Source of the DNA: Candidatus Obscuribacterales bacterium | GTDB lineage: Bacteria; Cyanobacteriota; Vampirovibrionia; Obscuribacterales; Obscuribacteraceae | NCBI GenBank assembly: GCA_965228855.1 | Contig: CBDDIJ010000002.1 | Span: 1 to 64,000 of the forward strand | Direction: 5' to 3' | DNA: 64,000 bases | Shown: in pieces, positions 60,228 through 64,000 of the stretch | Layout of the letters: each line of letters starts with the position of its first letter | How positions within the stretch are numbered: the first letter of the stretch is position 1 | Program-made: the position numbers and the translations under genes | The notes under the pieces: model-generated | What the model saw: only the letters and a program-made list of their open reading frames with translations | The model's database searches: none | What the model was told of the DNA's origin: nothing

Positions 60228-61145
60228 TTGAAAGCAAAACTCGGCATGTCCCCCATCGCGTGGTGGAACGACGATCTCGCCGAACTTTCCGACGACGTCT
60301 CGCTGGAAGAATGCCTACGGCAATCGCGCTCGGCGGGTTTCACCGGCATGGAGATGGGCCGGCGCTTCCCGAGCGACCCTGCAGTGATGCTGCCGATTCT
60401 CAAGGCGGCCGACGTGACGCTGTGCGGCGGCTGGTTCTCCGGAACGCTGGTGAACGAGGACCTCGCCGCCAACAAGGACCGCATCCAGCCGATGATCGAG
60501 CTGTTCAAGTCGGTCGACGCGCCGTGCATCGTCTATGGCGAGGTCGGGCGGTCGATCCAGGGCGACCGCTCGAAACCACTCGCCACCAAGCCGAAACTCG
60601 CCGACGACGAGATGAAGGCCTATGCGCGCAAGGCGACCGAGTTCGGCGAATGGTGCGCGGAACAGGGCATGCCGCTCGCTTACCACCACCACATGGCCGC
60701 GGTGGTCGAGACCGAGCCGGAGCTCGACGCGTTCATGCGCCATTCCGGCGACGGCATCCCGCTGCTGCTCGACGCCGGCCACCTGGCGTTCGCCGGCGGC
60801 GACGTGCTGGCGGCGATCGACAAGCATCACAAGCGCATCAATCATGTGCATGTTAAGGACATCCGCCGCGCGGTGATCCACGGCCTCGACCACTCGAAGC
60901 AATCCTTCCTCGACGCCGTGGCGCTGGGAGCCTTCACCGTGCCGGGCGACGGCTCGCTCGATTTCGGCGCCATCGTCCAGCGCTTCGCCGACCACGGCTA
61001 CGAAGGCTGGTTCGTGGTCGAGGCCGAGCAGGACCCGCGCAAGAACCCGCCGCTCCGGATGGCCGAGGTCGGCCACAAGGAACTGATGCGGGTGATGACC
61101 GCCGCAGGCTATACCGTCGAGACCCAGGGGTTCCCCGCGACGTGA
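60228..61145 (+). CDS. iolE: myo-Inosose-2 dehydratase
   Basis: PIAWWNDD, AYHHHM, LLDAGH, HVHVKD, FTVPGDG, VVEAEQDP; TTG start. Confidence 0.95.
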   Translation: MKAKLGMSPIAWWNDDLAELSDDVSLEECLRQSRSAGFTGMEMGRRFPSDPAVMLPILKAADVTLCGGWFSGTLVNEDLAANKDRIQPMIELFKSVDAPCIVYGEVGRSIQGDRSKPLATKPKLADDEMKAYARKATEFGEWCAEQGMPLAYHHHMAAVVETEPELDAFMRHSGDGIPLLLDAGHLAFAGGDVLAAIDKHHKRINHVHVKDIRRAVIHGLDHSKQSFLDAVALGAFTVPGDGSLDFGAIVQRFADHGYEGWFVVEAEQDPRKNPPLRMAEVGHKELMRVMTAAGYTVETQGFPAT

Positions 61146-61152
61146 GGCCGAA

Positions 61153-61371
61153 ATGACCCCCGACAACGAAAATCCGTTCTTCCAGCCATTGTGGCGGCGC
61201 ATCGCCATCGTGGCGGTGTGTTTCGGCTGGGCGATTTTCGAATTTTCCACCAACGCACCGTTCTGGGGAACGATTGCGCTGGGTTTCGGCGCCTATGGCA
61301 TCTGGCAGTTCTTCATCGCCTGGAAACCACGGGCCGACAACGCCGCGCCGAACGATCCCGGTAAGGAGTGA
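61153..61371 (+). CDS. Small membrane protein (DUF3329-like, tentative)
   Basis: PFFQPLWRRIAIVAVCFGWA; two TM helices. Confidence 0.7.
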   Translation: MTPDNENPFFQPLWRRIAIVAVCFGWAIFEFSTNAPFWGTIALGFGAYGIWQFFIAWKPRADNAAPNDPGKE

Positions 61372-61376
61372 GAAAC

Positions 61377-61509
61377 ATGTCGAAACTGCTGGTGAAACCG
61401 AGCGGCAGGCATGGCCGCGTCAACCATGTGACGCCGCAAAGCGCCGGCTGGACCTATGTCGGCTTCGACCTGCATCGCCTCAGGCCCGGCGAGACGGCGG
61501 CATCGGAAA
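61377..61509 (+). pseudogene. iolB: 5' fragment of 5-deoxy-glucuronate isomerase, cut at the junction
   Basis: MSKLLVKPSGRHGRVNHVTPQSAGWTYVGFDLHRLRPGETAASE, after which similarity ends and a stop soon follows. Confidence 0.85.
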
Positions 61510-62277
61510 TCATTCACGATTGGACGCGCAAACCCTGACCCCAACTGGAATTGGCCGGAACCACCCATGCTGTTCCACTGGCAAAAGGTTCCATCATCCA
61601 TCGGCGAAACAGCCGCGACCTTGCTCTGGCTGCGGCAGTACGACGAAGCGTTCAAGTATGCGACCGGTAAAGTTCCGCAAGAAATCAAAGCCTGGGTCCT
61701 GTTGAAACAAGGTCAGACTCTCAAAGCCAACGCCAACGCATCCGTCAATCTTGAGGGGCACCCGCAACAGACACCTCGCTGGAGGTTCGCATTCCCACTG
61801 GCATACGGCAATATCATCGAGCGCGAAGCACGCAAAAACAATCTCGATCCGCTTCTGATTCATGGACTCATCCGCCAGGAGTCTCGTTACGATTACAAGG
61901 CGCTGAGCCGATCCAACGCGATGGGTTTAATGCAATTATTGAAGGGCACCGCCTATGGTGTCGCCAAACATAATGGCATCACGCTCAACGCAACCGAAGA
62001 TATCTTCACACCCGACATCAACATCCGGCTCGGAACCGCCTATGTTGCCTCGGTCTTGAAGCGAGCCAACAATAACGCCATGCTCGCAGTGGCGAGCTAC
62101 AACGGCGGTCCAAACGCCGTCGCCAGGTGGCTTAAACAGCACCAGGCGCAGGGCATCTCAGACATGGACGTCTACGTCGAAAACATCCCGTACGATGAGA
62201 CACGCGATTACGTTCGCAAAGTGTTCTCGCATTACTGGAACTACGAACAGCTCTACCTGCATCAACACAAAAACTAA
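61510..62277 (+). CDS. Soluble lytic murein transglycosylase (Slt-like), 5' truncated
   Basis: LIRQESRY, AMGLMQL, NIRLGTAY, ASYNGGP, ENIPYDETRDYVRKV; lower GC. Confidence 0.88.
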   Translation, partial: SFTIGRANPDPNWNWPEPPMLFHWQKVPSSIGETAATLLWLRQYDEAFKYATGKVPQEIKAWVLLKQGQTLKANANASVNLEGHPQQTPRWRFAFPLAYGNIIEREARKNNLDPLLIHGLIRQESRYDYKALSRSNAMGLMQLLKGTAYGVAKHNGITLNATEDIFTPDINIRLGTAYVASVLKRANNNAMLAVASYNGGPNAVARWLKQHQAQGISDMDVYVENIPYDETRDYVRKVFSHYWNYEQLYLHQHKN

Positions 62278-62291
62278 CTCGCCCGCCCCGA

Positions 62292-62387
62292 GACCGGCAC
62301 TATCAGCTCCGCCTCGCGGCCGCAACTGCCTAGCTCAGCGACCGGCACTATCAGCTCCGCTCCGCGACAGCCACGGCCTAGCGCTAT
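62292..62387. repeat. Imperfect 48-bp tandem repeat (two units)
   Basis: GACCGGCACTATCAGCTCCGC at 62292 and 62340. Confidence 0.7.
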
Positions 62388-62497
62388 CGCTTTGCGCAGA
62401 AAATCTAACCCACAGCAGTCCAGCAAACAAAAAACGCGGCATCTAATGAACCGCGTTTCGAGTGCCACCACGGGCGGGGCACGAACATTTGTATAAA

Positions 62498-62710
62498 CTA
62501 GCTTAGAGCTGGGTTCTCATCGCGCTTCGTGTCATTTTGACTGAAGCCAAGTACCTTCGCCCAAACATTGCCCTTACGGTTCAATGACTTCGACTCTTGC
62601 TCCACAGGCGCACTGGCAGCCGATTTCGGCACTTCATACCCGCACGTGTGGCAAGTTCTGCGATTGCCTGGGACTTTAAAATTACAACGCGGGCATAGAA
62701 AGTACTGCAT
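62498..62710 (-). CDS. Small Zn-ribbon protein (hypothetical)
   Basis: CPRC...CHTC; GAGAGG RBS upstream on the minus strand. Confidence 0.55.
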   Translation of the reverse strand: MQYFLCPRCNFKVPGNRRTCHTCGYEVPKSAASAPVEQESKSLNRKGNVWAKVLGFSQNDTKRDENPALS

Positions 62711-62895
62711 AGTAAACCTCTCATTCTATTCGCAGTATAACACCGGAAAATCAAGCAGGGAAGCGAGCTCTCACAAATCTATCGGGATTTCGAAAATTTT
62801 TTACCTGTAGCTAACTTTCCCAAAAACCGTCCGATAAAATCCCCTGACATGCTATTTTGTTCAACAATTTCAGAAACAACGAAGGTCCGCAGCGC

Positions 62896-63132
62896 ATGCG
62901 AATTATCATCACTTTTGAAACGACGCACAAAGTGCTTGCCGCCGAAAAGGCGCTGAAGTCGGCGAAAGAAATGAACTTTCGTTTTCGTCCAACTCCCACT
63001 CCGCCTGGTCTGACAGACTCGGTTTGCGGAATGGCTCTCGAAGTTCTGAACAAGGAGCAGAAACAAGTCATCGTCGACTTCCTGACGTCTCAACAAATTT
63101 CGCCTCAGGGTGTCTTCGAAGTCGAGCGCTGA
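62896..63132 (+). CDS. DUF3343-like small protein
   Basis: ITFETTHKVLAAEKALK..PTPPGLTDSVCGMAL. Confidence 0.65.
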   Translation: MRIIITFETTHKVLAAEKALKSAKEMNFRFRPTPTPPGLTDSVCGMALEVLNKEQKQVIVDFLTSQQISPQGVFEVER

Positions 63133-63883
63133 AAGGCGCAAACGGTTTCGTTCAAAAACGGCTTGAAGCGGCTCCGCATAAACCCACCGGGTGGACACGA
63201 TCGCTCTATCACAGTGCTTCGCTGCCACTTAAGAGTTCATGCGGCTTTTGGAATACAGCAAAAACTGCAAACCACACTTCCGAAGATTCGGAACCGCCTG
63301 AACCGCAACGTCGGCTTGCGTCCGCAGTCTCAGTCTAAATCTTCCTCCATCACAGGGTCTTTGCTATCTACGGCAAGCTCACAAGTTTTAGGAGACTTGC
63401 CGAACACTCGCTTGTCAAGAGATCTTTGACGGCAGAAATTTTTGAAACGACGACCTGCCTAGCGCGACATGACGCGAGCAAAAACACCATTCCGCATCCT
63501 CTTGCAAACCCTCGCCCCCACACACGCTTCGCGTGCGCTTCCGCGCTCCGACAATCGAACCACTGCATAAGTTGAAATGAGATTTAGATTTGAAATTGAG
63601 AATAAACGGCTTTAAACCTTGCTTGGCAACTTAGCTAATTCCTATTCTCCCCTTATACATCTTCTTCTGTTCTTAAACTCACCGCGACAGCCTAGTTTCA
63701 TCTCACAAGCCTTACAGATCTCCCAGCGCGTCTATTTTGTGCGTCTGGAAGAGAGTCGGATTTGGTCGTCGCGCGTGAGTCTCTACGGCGTGGTGCGGTC
63801 GTGACCCGATTTGCAGCCTCCGCCGATTTCATGTACCCCGCTCACCACGCGGGTTCTCGCTAACTCAATAGAGAGGACATGAT

Positions 63884-64000
63884 TTGAGCAACACTCAAAC
63901 CGAAGCCGGTTCGGGCGATACCATCGCCGCAAGCCGGCAGCGCGTTCTTGTCGTCGTGAAACAGCCGCTCAAAGCGCTGGCTGAAGCATCCGACGATCAG
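63884..64000 (+). CDS. Possible start of a CDS running off the window
   Basis: GAGGA RBS then TTG; open frame SNTQTEAGSGDTIAASRQRVLVVVKQ... Confidence 0.35.
   Translation, partial: MSNTQTEAGSGDTIAASRQRVLVVVKQPLKALAEASDDQ

Noticed and set aside
61456..62277. 273-aa Slt ORF starting at 61456
   Set aside because: The first roughly 18 codons are out-of-frame iolB sequence across the junction.
62292..62387. Mini-CRISPR in the lower-GC segment
   Set aside because: There are only two units, the apparent spacers resemble each other, and no cas genes are present.

Overview
Most of the window (1 to about 61.5 kb) is GC-rich alphaproteobacterial chromosome, probably Phyllobacteriaceae (Mesorhizobium-like; inferred from protein and repeat types). 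It holds housekeeping genes (coaBC 3' end, a DEAD-box helicase, prfC, dut), a general-stress islet with three sigma-EcfG-type promoters, a MalT/LuxR-regulated peptide ABC-hydantoinase-DUF917 operon, a GMC dehydrogenase trio, a LysR-regulated catabolic cluster and the myo-inositol (iol) genes. The most unusual part is 2.6-14.6 kb. Several families of structured palindromic repeats share one design: a C-run/G-run hairpin, a variable second hairpin and a GAGGGGC tail. They directly flank one intact and one decayed DUF559 (Vsr-like) endonuclease gene, which resembles the RAYT/REP arrangement but with a different nuclease. The same region carries a displaced duplicate of the prfC 3' end, a lower-GC NDT/TIR-like defence candidate, a polymorphic-toxin-like gene and an unknown gene with an SOS box. 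Several single-base frameshifts in conserved genes look like long-read indels. At about 61,510 iolB is cut off and the sequence switches to lower-GC DNA that begins mid-gene, which points to a chimeric or concatenated junction. No rRNA, tRNA or CRISPR array was recognised.
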